Shown here: piece by piece, positions 10,115 to 25,990 of the stretch
Position numbering within the stretch: the first letter of the stretch is position 1
How the letters are laid out: every line of letters begins with the position of its first letter
DNA from: Basidiobolus meristosporus CBS 931.73
Taxonomy: Eukaryota > Fungi > Basidiobolomycota
NCBI GenBank assembly: GCA_002104905.1
Contig: MCFE01000425.1
Location: 1-64,000, forward strand
DNA: 64,000 nucleotides
Direction of reading: 5' to 3'
Translations under genes and position numbers: made by a program
The notes under the pieces: generated by a model
What the model was told of the DNA's origin: nothing
What the model saw: only the letters and a program-made list of their open reading frames with translations
Database searches by the model: none

Positions 10115-12956
10115 TTAGCACTTTTCTTTGCTGGCGAGTTCCTTGAGCTTGGCCACAAGCTGCGATTTGGTGACACCTGGAAAGGTGCCCTGGAGCTCCT
10201 CTACCAGCTTGCCGACTCTTTTCGCACTGCCGCTCACAAGCTACGCATGACGGGATTAGTGATGTCGATACCGCAATGAAATGACAGCCAACCTACTTTT
10301 AGGAATTCCTCCACACGTTCCTCAGGAAAGAGCCTCCTATTTGCTTTCTGCACTGCTTCCGCGGCTTCGTCGTTACCAGCATCAAGGCCAGCATAGAGTG
10401 GATAGCAGCTTTTCTCCAAAGGGTTGAGCGGGCACTGGATACCTGCGAATGCCAAGTTTTCGGCAAACTGAAGCAGCTTCCTTTTAGGCGCGTTAGGTTT
10501 CGCCAAAATCGAGCCTCCTTCTTCTAGCCGGGCGGCGTCGTTGCTTTGGTCTTTGCGGGTGGTGCGCCTTGCTGCTGGTTTCCAGCCCTGAAGATTTTCT
10601 TAGAGTAGGCCCTCCGCTACGCGAAGGTTAACCAACGAAGGAGCGCCCCAAGGTCGATCGGAAGATACCTCTAATATGAGCAGCAGTATGCTTCGAGTGA
10701 AGCGCGCTTTCGTAGTCGTCCGATGGCTCTCTAGCATATCGATTGATGGGGGCGACCGAAGTGTTTTGTTTGGCATGGAAGGGCCGAAACAGTTCGCCAC
10801 AATATGCCAAAGTGGAGTATTCAAGACAGGGATGCGTACGCTACGTGCGATATCAGGTACACTAACACTCTGGCTGCGTCGTGATGGCTCGGTCTTTCTT
10901 GATCGAGGAGAAGAACCCCTGTATGCGGGTCTGTCCTTGGTCTTTCTGCTTTTGCACCTCTTCCTGAAGGGTATGCACTTAAGCTCCCGGCAGCGATGCA
11001 CCTGGGTTTGTCATGCCCCAATACTACCTTTTTTTCTCTCTTCCTCTTTTTGGAGTTTCCTTTCATGCTCCTTCTGCTCTTTAAGGTGTCTCTTCTCTGC
11101 CTCCTTCTGCTCCTTGGCTTTACGCTTTTTGGCCTCTCTCTCCTCCCTTTCCTTTCTTTTAAGCTCCTTGGTTGTCAGAGTTAGCCGAAGATACTGCAGA
11201 ACGAGGGGAGTACAAGGAATGCCAACCTCATCAATCACATCTTGCACCTTTCGCTTCCTCTTTGACGACTGAGCTCTGGTCCGGATATTCTCTTTCTGAT
11301 CATCTGGCAGCGAATCGAACAGAGCCTTCACTTCCGAGGACGCCCTGAGCGGGACTCGTCAGCACCAACGAGGTAACAGGAGCAGGGATGCTTCTTTACC
11401 TGCTTTTGCTTTTCTCGTCTCCTATTGATGACTTGCTTCAGATCGGGAGAGAATGCCAAATCCAAATTCTGAACCTCCCAGCGGACGATGGCGAGATTCT
11501 GAGCGTATGCATTAATGCTCATGGCCAGGTGTGATGGCCGTGTAGTACTTGCGAACTTACAGGGCAGGGGCGTTCATCTTCGTGATTGATGCCCAAGATG
11601 GCGTTGGAGTCGATGTAATTATGGTGTCTGGCCAGCAATAGAATCGAGTCCTCCACACTCCTGGGATTGATTTTCGGTGGTTCTACATCGAAGAACACCG
11701 TTCACTCCTATGAACACTGAAAGATTGCTCTAGCAATGTACCAACCTACAGGAGCATCGTCATCCTTGTACCCAGTAGGGCACACGATGTCCATGACGTG
11801 CAACGCTAGCGACGAAAGTGGCAGGTCGCTTGAGTTGGAACGAGTGAGCAAGGTGGATTGTGTGAGCATTGTTTCGCGATCATGACCTATCCTGAATTAG
11901 CTTGCACAGCAGTGGGTGGAATTCTTGAGGGAAAGGTAAAAGCGGGCCTGTATTTCCCTCCAACGAGACGTGAAAGGAGGCCAACTCTTTGAATGAAATC
12001 ACCGTTGCGAATCGCCTAGCCAACAAGGCCAACCAACAATTGTATCCGGATGCAGTGGAAATGCGATCTTCTTTTCATGAAAGAGCAAGCGCTCGTTCTT
12101 CAGCTCCACTAGCCGACGCTTTCATGGACGCGAAGGATATTAGAAGTGATTGAGGGTTGGAAGCTATGCTCAATGCTCCATTTACTGTTGGTATTGCTGG
12201 CTGGGCCGCGCCATCAAAGGCGGCTGCTTCCAACAACGATACGGGGTTGTTGGCCGTGGGTTTGGTTTCAACATTATCGCTTTTCAACAAGCCCGGATCT
12301 GGCCGACATCTGATGCAGCCAAGAAAATATCAATGGAATGTGCTTTTGCTGCGTGCGACTACGAAGCTTACTCTGTGGTTCCCGCACGTTGGTCTCCTCC
12401 TTTACTTCCCACTCTTTAGGGGCACGTTTGTCGATATACACATATGGCAATCTCTTTAACTCTATTGATGAGATTTAATGGATGACTACAATGTCAGTGC
12501 TTATCGAAGTCCATACCATCTCTGTCCCGTGAATCTGTTGGAGCCTCTTCTCTAGTCTCGTGCACTGTTTTCGCTGTGCAATTGTCTAAGTGATCTCCGT
12601 TACCAGGAAACGACACGAACCACAGGAAAGTACAGCCACCATACCTATTAAACCCTCCTCACTTGAAGGACGTAATGTCTCTGTTGAGCAAGACAGCTCG
12701 GCCGTTTCTAAAATCAAAGCTCAGCTAAGGGTGCGATTACTGAAGAATAGTCCCAGCTACTTGGATTACTTGGTAATTCCGGGCTCTCCTTTTGTGGAAC
12801 TTTTAAATCTAGAGTTGAGGAGATCAACCAAAATTCGATGCAATCAATCTAGGGACGCGTTGGTATACCTTCAAGTGAATATGGAGGCGGGGTGAAGAAA
12901 CTCAACAGACTTCGGCTACTCTTCTTTGGAGTATTCGGAGCGCTTTTGTCAGGCAT
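10115..12956 (-). CDS. Chromatin assembly factor 1 large subunit (CAF1A/Cac1/Rlf2/Pcf1-like), multi-exon, apparently lacking the acidic domain
   Basis: Spliced reading: MPDKSAPNTPKKSSRSLLSFF (PIP-like), VELKNERLLFHEKK, FHPLLCKLIQDS, NLAIVRWEV, KER coiled coil, QTRIQGFF, FRPFHAKQNTSVAPINRY, KLLQFAEN and a winged-helix C-terminus (FPEERVEEFLKLVSGS...FPGVTKSQLVAKLKELASKEK). Stop at 10115-10117. Confidence 0.85.
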
Positions 12957-13436
12957 GCTCAAATCCAACCAAACCGGAATTCACACCTATAACAAGAACC
13001 ACCACTATCTTTGCCCAAACTGAGCTTTCTCCCTCGCCACACAATCACCATCAAAATCAAATCGCAGTTCATCTCGATGTTTTTGATTTACTGCTGCCAA
13101 TTGTTTACGGTATTTCTGATCAGCAGGAAATGCCAATCACCGCAAGTCACACTTTGCCGATGTAAGGCTAATGTAATCAATGTTCCCGTTGATGTCGAGT
13201 TAATGTAATCAGTGTTCATCTGCTCCTTCCGGATTGGGCTAGCAGCCTCGGGGAGGTTGGGAAATGGCTGAAGCCAATGTGCAAATATAGAATTCTGCCA
13301 TGGAAATTGGTGCTGCTCGGGATTGTGTCTACAAATAAACACCCTTATTCTTCGACTTGTCTTAAATGTCTACCATTCGAAAAAAAAACCGATTTATATA
13401 CATTGGTGCAAGTCCCGGCTGATGTGAAATCGATCG

Positions 13437-14877
13437 ATGGCTGATAAACCATATACATGCCTCTTCGAAGGCTGTGGGAAGTCCTACAAGAAACCTTGTC
13501 GCCTCAAAGAGCATGAGAGAACTCATACCGGCGAGGTGGGTGCCGTGTCCTGCTTATGGACCACACCATTCCTTCTAACGTGCCTTTTGCTAGCGTCCCT
13601 TCGTTTGCCCCTTCCCTGGTTGTGATAAGGCGTATTTCAGGGACAGCCATTTGACGGCGCACGCTAGAATTCATGATCCCGAAGCCACCAAAAAGTACAC
13701 GTGCCCGCATGATGGGTGTGACGCCAAGTTCGCCACCAACCAACACCTCAAACGACATATGCTTGTTCACGAAACCCCAAAACCTTACAAGGTACTTCTT
13801 CCTGTCTCTGGTTGAAGATGGCACAGTCACTCAGCCACCCTTTTCAAAGTGCTCTTACCAGGATTGTAAGGAGGCTTTTGCCAAGCATATACAGCTCCGC
13901 AAGCACCTGTGCCTTCACACCGGTCAGCAGCCATTTATCTGCGATGTCGCAGGTTGCTCCAAGGGGTTTCCTACTGCAAGCAAGTTAAAGAAACACAAAA
14001 TCACTCACACGGGTACGTTTTTGGGCTTTTTTGCGACCTCCTCCTTAGCTTGCTTCTCACCCTTGCACTTGACCATAACATCTGCAGAAAAGCAAAGGTA
14101 TTTCTGTGGACATGAGGGCTGCGAGGCGGGATTCACCAAATGGTCCGAACTGCAGGTGCATTCAAGAGAGGCGCACAAGATCCTATGCCCGTTCTGCACC
14201 AAGGAATTCAAGAGAAAAGATATACTCAGTGACCACCTCAAAGTTCACGACCCCAACCGACCCAAGTTTCCTTGTGACCAAGTCGGGTGTGACAAGGAGT
14301 TCCTCAGTGTTTGTGAACCCCGGTTCCTTCTTCAATCGGGCTTGATGCTAACTCCCCTCGAACTGCTAGGAATCTGCACTTAGATCCCACATCAAATCCA
14401 AGCACTCGACGGAGCGACCGTTTGTCTGTGAGGAGACTGGCTGTGGACAACGATTTGCCCACAAATATCTGCTCACCCGACACTCCAAGATCCACCTTAG
14501 ATCCTCGGTAAGTGGCGGTGCATTGCCTAGGAGCATCACGTTGGTCTAAGATATGCTTGCTTTCACAGGAGGAGCCGGCGCTGAAGAGGCGTAAGGTCAA
14601 CGAGGCCCCATCTCTGCTCGATATCTTCACCGGACACAACTACATCACCCCGGAGAGCAACCGAGAAATCCCGTGCGCTGCTCCTGGCTGCAAATACATG
14701 TTCATGCGGATGTACGATATGAAGAGGCACTTGCAGAGCATGCACCCGGAATACGAGGATGGCCAGAGCAGCTCGGATGATTCGGATGATTCAGGCGAAG
14801 GGTACTTGGATGATACCTCGCTCATTGAAGTCCCATATTTAGATGTTGATGACTATGCGCCAACAGACATTGTCTGA
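13437..14877 (+). CDS. PZF1: Transcription factor IIIA (PZF1/Sfc2-like), 10 C2H2 zinc fingers, multi-exon
   Basis: Nine consecutive C2H2 fingers across GT-AG-bounded exons (first intron 13536-13593), then the spacer [11 protein letters not shown], a tenth finger (CAAPGC...[13 protein letters not shown]) and an acidic tail. Confidence 0.85.
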
Positions 14878-14907
14878 GCACTCCGACCAATATACCTTAA
14901 TGTAATC

Positions 14908-14975
14908 CACCTTCCACCTTCCACCTACCACCTACCACCCACCACCTACCCCCGCCCCGCCAGCCATCCACCACT
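14908..14975 (+). repeat. CCACCT/CCACC low-complexity repeat downstream of TFIIIA
   Basis: ccaccttccaccttccacctaccacctaccacccaccacctacccc is visible directly. Confidence 0.8.
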
Positions 14976-15791
14976 GCTGACCCAAATAAATAGAGGCGGT
15001 TAGGCATGTGAATTCTAGGCTGCCATCCCATTTTCGGGTGGCCCATTCAGATCACCCACTATCTCATCGGAGGGATGGGTGGATGACGTAAGCACCCTGC
15101 AGGATGCTCGATTTCACATCCATGTAATGGATGGGTGATGACAAAACAGCAAAGTCTCGCAGCTGACACTCACCTTCATTGAGCTAGGCAAGCACTTTGT
15201 AGAGCGCACAAAAGATCGGCATTTGAGTGCAATCGGTTTCCCTCGTCCCGACCCTCCCATTGGTCCCTGGCGAAGAAATCCCATACTTTTGCTTCCTAGT
15301 AATGAGGATGTTGATTCTGGGGCACGCAATCAAGAGCATATATCTACTTTATAGAATCGATTCATAAATGAACTGATAAGGGCTTGCGTATAACGAGATC
15401 CTCCCGGTCCCTTTTAAATAAATCAATCCAATTTCTGGCCCACTGTTTGTTTGAATAACGACTGAACGTAGTAGGTTCGGTTTCCATTCGCAACAATTGA
15501 ATTCCTTATCCACATTACCGATTTACCACTTTCACATCCAGTAGTTCTTGCCTGCTTTTTAGTCTTCGTTCATCTTGTCCTAAAGTATTACAATAGAAAC
15601 TCAAATATGGTAGGTTTGCTGAATATACCCCTTGTTTCTGTTTGCTGGGCGGTGCGATTTCTGACCTCCGTTGTTGATTCCCGTTCCCTTTTACCCCTAA
15701 ACTGCATTCCAGCCCTGGGGCTCCCTCCTCAACCAGACTCTTTTGTGTTAACGAAATCTTGTTTCGCCCCTTAAAGCAGGAAGATAACTCC

Positions 15792-20494
<4,703 letters not shown>

Positions 20495-20619
20495 AATTGC
20501 CAACAGGTGGGGCAATCTGCCCGAGTCTCCGTTTGGTGCCTTCCCAGCACCTCAAGTCTCATCACCACCTCCCCATCGCTATATACATTAACCCACAGCC
20601 GTAGCCTACGAAACCAATC

Positions 20620-20662
20620 CCATCACCATCACCACCACCATCACCACCACCACCACTCCCAC
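20620..20662 (+). repeat. (CAC/CAT)n microsatellite in the UBP15 3' region
   Basis: catcaccatcaccaccaccatcaccaccaccaccac, located after the UBP15 stop. Confidence 0.85.
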
Positions 20663-20965
20663 TCCAAACCGTCACCAAGAATGAATGAACCAAGTGTGTA
20701 GGGACTTTTCTGGACAGGTTAAATTCCGAGATGTTCTTCAAAAGTATATTTTCTTCGTCGTAGTTTCTTTTTTGTACTCTCCCCACCCCACCCCCCCCAA
20801 AGTCCAAGTCGGTCGGCGGGTTTTTATTTAATTAAACGAATGGAATCTGCTAACCCGAACCACGTCTATATGGGTATGCTGGCGCGATGGTCAGGGTAGG
20901 GGGGGGGTAAGGGTCAGGTCGGGTCGGGGTCGGGGTCGATTCGTGATCGGTTCGTCGTCTACTCC

Positions 20966-21433
20966 TCACATCCACCAGGAGGTGGCCACCGTCAGCATGC
21001 CCAACGTGGTCAGTACCGGTCCTTGGCCGAGGGTAGACCCGGATGATTCTGCCTCCACGAGTACGGGGTCTTTCATGGTGGTGCTGACGGTGACCTGCTC
21101 GGGAAGGGGGTGAAGGGCTGGGCAGTCGGAGGGCCGACCGGCGACCAGGGCCGAACCCATCCGGTCCACCGGGTAGGATCCGGCGCACACCCGTTCGCAC
21201 GAGGAGGCCCAGCCGGCATCCTGGATCAGGTTGCAATGACACCCCCGGTCCAGGTCCGGTTGCTCGGGTGGAAACGCCAGGCCGAGTCGCGACTCGGCGC
21301 ATCCGGGGACTCGTACCAGGTGCCCGACCAGGCAGTCCTCGCAGTCGCGCGAGGGGTTCGTCGACTCCGCGAGTTCGCTCACGAGAAGGACGACCAGGAG
21401 GCTGGTGGTTAGTTGTCTGATGGGGTGGAACAT
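20966..21433 (-). CDS. Secreted, probably GPI-anchored, 8-cysteine CFEM-like cell-surface protein (155 aa, single exon)
   Basis: MFHPIRQLTTSLLVVLLVSELAES signal-like N-terminus; Cys spacing C-x2-C-x10-C-x19-C-x-C-x11-C-x3-C-x20-C; Ser/Thr-rich linker; hydrophobic C-terminus (VLTTLGMLTVATSWWM). The ORF is uninterrupted and very GC-rich. Confidence 0.7.
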   Translation of the reverse strand: MFHPIRQLTTSLLVVLLVSELAESTNPSRDCEDCLVGHLVRVPGCAESRLGLAFPPEQPDLDRGCHCNLIQDAGWASSCERVCAGSYPVDRMGSALVAGRPSDCPALHPLPEQVTVSTTMKDPVLVEAESSGSTLGQGPVLTTLGMLTVATSWWM

Positions 21434-22278
21434 GCGTGCGTGCGTGCGTGAATGAGGGGTAAAGTCCGATGGGATGGGAGCGCTGGCGCTTGGGTTGCAT
21501 TCCGTTGACCGTTGTTTCGTATATATATATATGTGGTTCGGGGGGAGGAGGAGGAGGAGGAGGAGGAGGCAGACAATGTTCGGTGACCAACCGAATCGCC
21601 CCAATCGACTTCGAACGAATCCCTGAAACACACAATCGAGGTCGGTCCAACAAGATGGTTGCATCGATCAATCCATGCACGACTCCCCCCTTCCCGTCCC
21701 CATTGTGCCATTTGTTTCCGGTCCAATTACCAGCCCCTATTTGTTCCCAGTACAGCGTGTGGAGTCATGGCGGCAATGGTGGTGGGCGGGATTGATTTTT
21801 TTCGGCGAACCACACGGACACATCCCAGTTAATGAAGGAAGCACTTGAACCACCGGGTCGGAGGGTGCAGATGGGTCCCACGGGTTCTTCCAAGACATGA
21901 CCCGGAGTCCAATGGACCCCCAAGGTCCACATGGTGGTCACATGGCCAGCCAGGCATCTTCAACATTGGTGATCCATTTTAGAAGATCATTCCTGTACCA
22001 TCAGCATGAATCTCCTGGTGCTGGCAATGCACTGTTGAGGTGAATCCCTTGGAAGCCCACCAGAATCAACTCATATCCAGTCCCACCAACTCTCCCACTC
22101 ATGTCATTACCTGCACGGATGTCTATTTTTTGGAGCCTGGTCAAAGCGCCTTGAACCACCAGATCTCCCTGCCTGCCCATTTAAACCTCCAAGTCACTTC
22201 CAATACTCCCTTGAGCTGTGTAACTGGCACATGTGTACAGCCCTTATACCAGCACTCCAAATAGCACTACCTCTTCCT

Positions 22279-22610
22279 TGTTGTAAAAATTTGGAATTCC
22301 ACCTAAATATTCACCTAACTTAGTCACTTAGATCATTACCCTCAAATCCTAGAGAATACTGACCAAATTCCTTATTGGGATTTACTTAGAATATTTACCC
22401 AGAACATGAAAATTAGATAAGTTGTCCAAACAGCCCCAAACTTTGCACACATGTTCTTGGGACCTTCCTTGACCTATTCTACATGTTTGTAATGCCAAGA
22501 CCAGGTAAAAGTATAAATACTACTTTTACATTCAATAAATCAGTAAGTGAAAACCACATAATCTACTTGTCCTCCCAATCACTTCCAATATCTCCAAGAC
22601 TCTTACAACA
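22279..22610 (+). repeat. 5' LTR of a Ty1/copia element
   Basis: TGTTGTAA...TTACAACA termini with TATAAAT and AATAAA inside, followed immediately by the copia-type PBS GGTTATGAGCCC (22611-22622). Confidence 0.9.
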
Positions 22611-24930
22611 GGTTATGAGCCCCAAGCTGTCACTCTCTGCAATGTCTACTACTGCTATTACTGGAATTTTTCCCTCTGCTGAAATGTTGGATGGATCTAA
22701 CTACCAAGTGTGGAAGGTGAAGATGAAGATGCTGCTACAAGAAAGAGGCCTTTGGGATATTGTCATGGGAGAAGAATGCCCTCCTAAAAACGTGGGAGAG
22801 GAAGCCTTAAAGTACCAGAAAAAAGAACAAAGTGCCTTTAACTGCATTTGCCTTAATGTCAAGGACAAATTGCTAATTCAATGCTCAAGAGCAAAAACGG
22901 CAAAGAATGCCTGGAAAGCATTAGAAGACACCTACCAGTTATGTTCAGCTGTCAAGAAGATGTATCTGAGACAAAAATTCTTTACTACAAAGATGCTGCC
23001 AGGAGAAGAAATGAACAATCTAATTAACAGAATTACCCTGCTGGTAGATGAGATGGAATCTGTGGGTGTACCAACTACTGATGAGGATGTGAGTTACCAT
23101 CCTGAATAGCCTGACAGACAAGTTTCAGGGCCTTGTATCAGCCCTAGAGTCCAGAACTGAAGATTTGACCTTAAATTACGTATATGGAAGGCTCCTGGAT
23201 GAAGAATTAAGAAAATCAAGCACCAATAAGAAGGAAGAAGAAAATGCTTTAATAAACAATGATAACCAACAAAGAAGGTACCCAAGACCCTACAAAGGCA
23301 ACAGCAACCTATTTTGCAACTACTGCAAAAGGAAAGGACACACATCAGACTGGTGTCTCAAAAAGAGAGATTATCAGCAAAAGAAGCCTGAATATGGAAA
23401 TGCTGCAACAACTGAAGATAGACTATTCATATCTGCACTAAATATGACCACAAAAAAGGATTCTCAGACGTGGTATATTGACTCTGGAGCTTCTCAACAC
23501 TTTACACACAAAAAAGAACTTTTTACCCAATATCAAGAATTCCAATTAAGAAGGTTTCATGGGTGACAATAGAACACTTGATGCAGTGGGAGAAAGAACT
23601 ATCCAAGTAAACCTAAGAAGCAGTGAAGGAAGCCATACACTGACCTTTAAAGAAGTACTCTATGTACCAGGAATAGCCAAGAACCAACTATCTGTAAGCA
23701 AGGACACAAGACAAGGACTCAGTGTCAGCTTTGACAAATCTGCATGCAGGACCACTGATCAAAACAGCGCCCATATAACTTTGGGTATCAGAGATGAGAA
23801 TCTATACAAGTTAACTTGTGTTCCATCATATCCAGAAGCAAATAGAGGTATCCTGAATCAAGAAGCACCAATGCTGTAGCACAGGAGATTTGGACCAGTA
23901 GATGCTGATTATTTGCACCATTTGATCAAAGATTGGCTAATTTCCAGAGTAAAAGTTGATTCCCCAGCTAATATGAAGCACTGCAAAAGCCTGCAAATAT
24001 GGTAAACAAGCCAGACAATCATTCATGAGTTCTGGGATATTTAAAACCAAGAAAATATTTGCTCTAATCCACTCATATCTGTGCAGACCTATGCAAAATT
24101 TATCCCCAGGTGGGATGAAGTATTTGACCACTTTTGCACATGTTTAGACAAGCTATGCAGGGGTCTACTCCATGGAAAGAAAGGAAGGAGCTCTGTCTAG
24201 ATTTAGGGAGCTTAAAGTCATGGTGGAGAGAGAAACTGGTGAGAAAATCAGGAAAATATGCTCTGACAATGGTGCAGAAGATACCTCAAAACTCTTCATC
24301 CACTACTGCAAGATTCATGAGACAAAGCTAACGACCACTGTATCATACTCCCCACAGCAAAATGGAGTGGTTGGATGTGCAAACAGATCAATAATTGATA
24401 CGGCACAATCTAAAAATACATGATCAAGAATTATCCTGTTTTTTTTTGGGTGGAATCAGTTGTCACATATGAATATGTTGAGATGGGCAGTTAAATTGAG
24501 GTACTTTCTAATTCTAGTCCATTTAAGATATTGTTTAGATACAGACCAAGTGAAGAACATCCCAGAATATTTGGGTACGCAGTATACACCCAGAAACTGC
24601 CAGGAAATCAGTCAAAGTTTATGCTAAAGTGTGAAATGCTTATATTTGGGCTACTGCAATGAGAGTAAGGCATACAGACTCTGCAATACCAAAGCAAAGA
24701 AGCTGATTAAGTCCAGGGATGTGCTGTTTGATGAAAAATTGAATTTCTTCTACAAAATGACATCAGAGGATGTCAGAAATATGATCTTAAGTCCACCAAT
24801 TGTAAAGATTGAATCAGTGCAAGAAAACAAAACATTTTTCACCCAATAGAGCTCTACAGCCATGGTACAGCCTGAATACTTGCCTAGGAATATCCCAGAA
24901 GTAATCATTCTGGTGTTACAAGCCAGTAAA
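22611..24930 (+). mobile_element. Ty1/copia internal region (gag, Zn knuckle, protease, partial integrase); frameshifted and 3'-truncated
   Basis: LDGSNYQVWKVKMKMLLQERGLW (gag), CNYCKRKGHTSDWC, WYIDSGASQHF (protease), SDNG and YSPQQNGV (integrase), KCLYLGYCNESKAYRL. Confidence 0.92.
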
Positions 24931-24933
24931 TCC

Positions 24934-25990
24934 TGTTGTAAGAATCCTGAAGATACAGGAAGTGATTGGGAGAACAAGTAGATTTTGTGGTTTTCACTTA
25001 ATGATTCATTGAATGTAAAGGTAGGACTCAAGCTTATATATTATCTTGGCATAACAGACATGTAGGATAGTCTCTGAAAGGTCTCTAAAGTATGTGTGCA
25101 AGTTTTGGGCTGTTTGGACATCTTTGAGAATTTCCATGTTCTGGGTATTTGATATTATGATGAAAATATTCTAGGTAAATCTCAACAAGGAATTTGGTCA
25201 GTATTCTCTAAGATATGTAGGTAATGATCCAAGTAACTAAGTTAGGTGAGTACCTAGGTGGAATTGCAAACTTTCACATCACTTGCACACAAAAAAATGT
25301 TCATACTGACCAGACCTAATTATGACATGTGATATTCAACTTGTCTCTGGCTAATGGTTTGGTAAATCTGTCAGCAATCATTTCATCTGAAGGACAGTAA
25401 GCTAAGCTAAGCTATTCTCTACAGCTTCACCTATGAAATGGTGACTAACATCTATGTGCTTGGTTCTTGCATGAAAATTTGGATTTTTACACAATTGGAC
25501 ACATCCTTGATTATACTGAAATAAACTAATAGACATTTTGTGATATAGGCCTATATCTGTAAAGGCTTTCTCAACCATATTGCCTCTTTTGTAGCTTCAC
25601 AGGCTGCCGTTTACTCTACCTCTGTGGTAGAAAGTGGTACAGTTGGTTGCTTTCTTGAATTCCATAAAATTGCCCCTGGACAATAAACAAAGGTGTATGC
25701 TGTGGTTAATCTTCTGTGTTTTGATCTGGCCCCCAACCAGAATCATAGTTTCCCACAAGGTCCTGTTCTAAATCCTTATAGGTGTATCTTAAGGAAACAT
25801 TGGCAGTTCCTTTTAGGTATTTAAAAAGCCGCTTAACTGTTACAATATGATCAGATTCACAGTTTAAGCATGATGGCTGACAACTCCCACTGAATGTGAG
25901 ATATCTGGACATGTTTCAGGCATGATATGCATCAGACTGCAAAGTATCAGTTGATTAGGAAAGTTACAGCCTTCAGATAGAACCAAGCTC
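24934..25990 (-). mobile_element. 3' LTR (24934-25281) and RT/RNase H relic of a second, opposite-strand copy of the same copia family
   Basis: 24934-25281 is the reverse complement of the 22279 LTR, diverged. The minus strand at ~25350-25390 reads MIADRFTKPL, and an RYLKGTAN...GNYDSGW motif lies near 25750-25830. Confidence 0.85.

Noticed and set aside
10676-11272. 198-aa hydrophobic plus-strand ORF
   Set aside because: It is the antisense shadow of the Lys/Glu/Arg-rich CAF1A exons.
15000-15750. Weak hairpins and a 71-aa ORF between TFIIIA and UBP15
   Set aside because: The pairing is imperfect, no RNA family motif was recognised and the ORF has no identifiable features.
20507-20701. ORF with an 11-His run
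   Set aside because: It is the translation of a (CAC)n microsatellite just after the UBP15 stop; the rest of the ORF has no protein-like features.
21281-21298. Perfect 18-bp palindrome GCCGAGTCGCGACTCGGC
   Set aside because: It is a single occurrence inside GC-rich coding sequence with no supporting context, so chance is plausible.
20850-21795. Several long overlapping ORFs (276 aa, 100 aa, 108 aa) around the CFEM-like gene
   Set aside because: High GC suppresses stop codons and the poly-Pro/Gly runs come from a (GGA)n repeat. Only the frame starting at 21433 has coherent signal, Cys and tail features.
21800-22278. Transitional-composition segment before the copia LTR
   Set aside because: Probably an old transposon relic, but no frame gave a motif I could assign.
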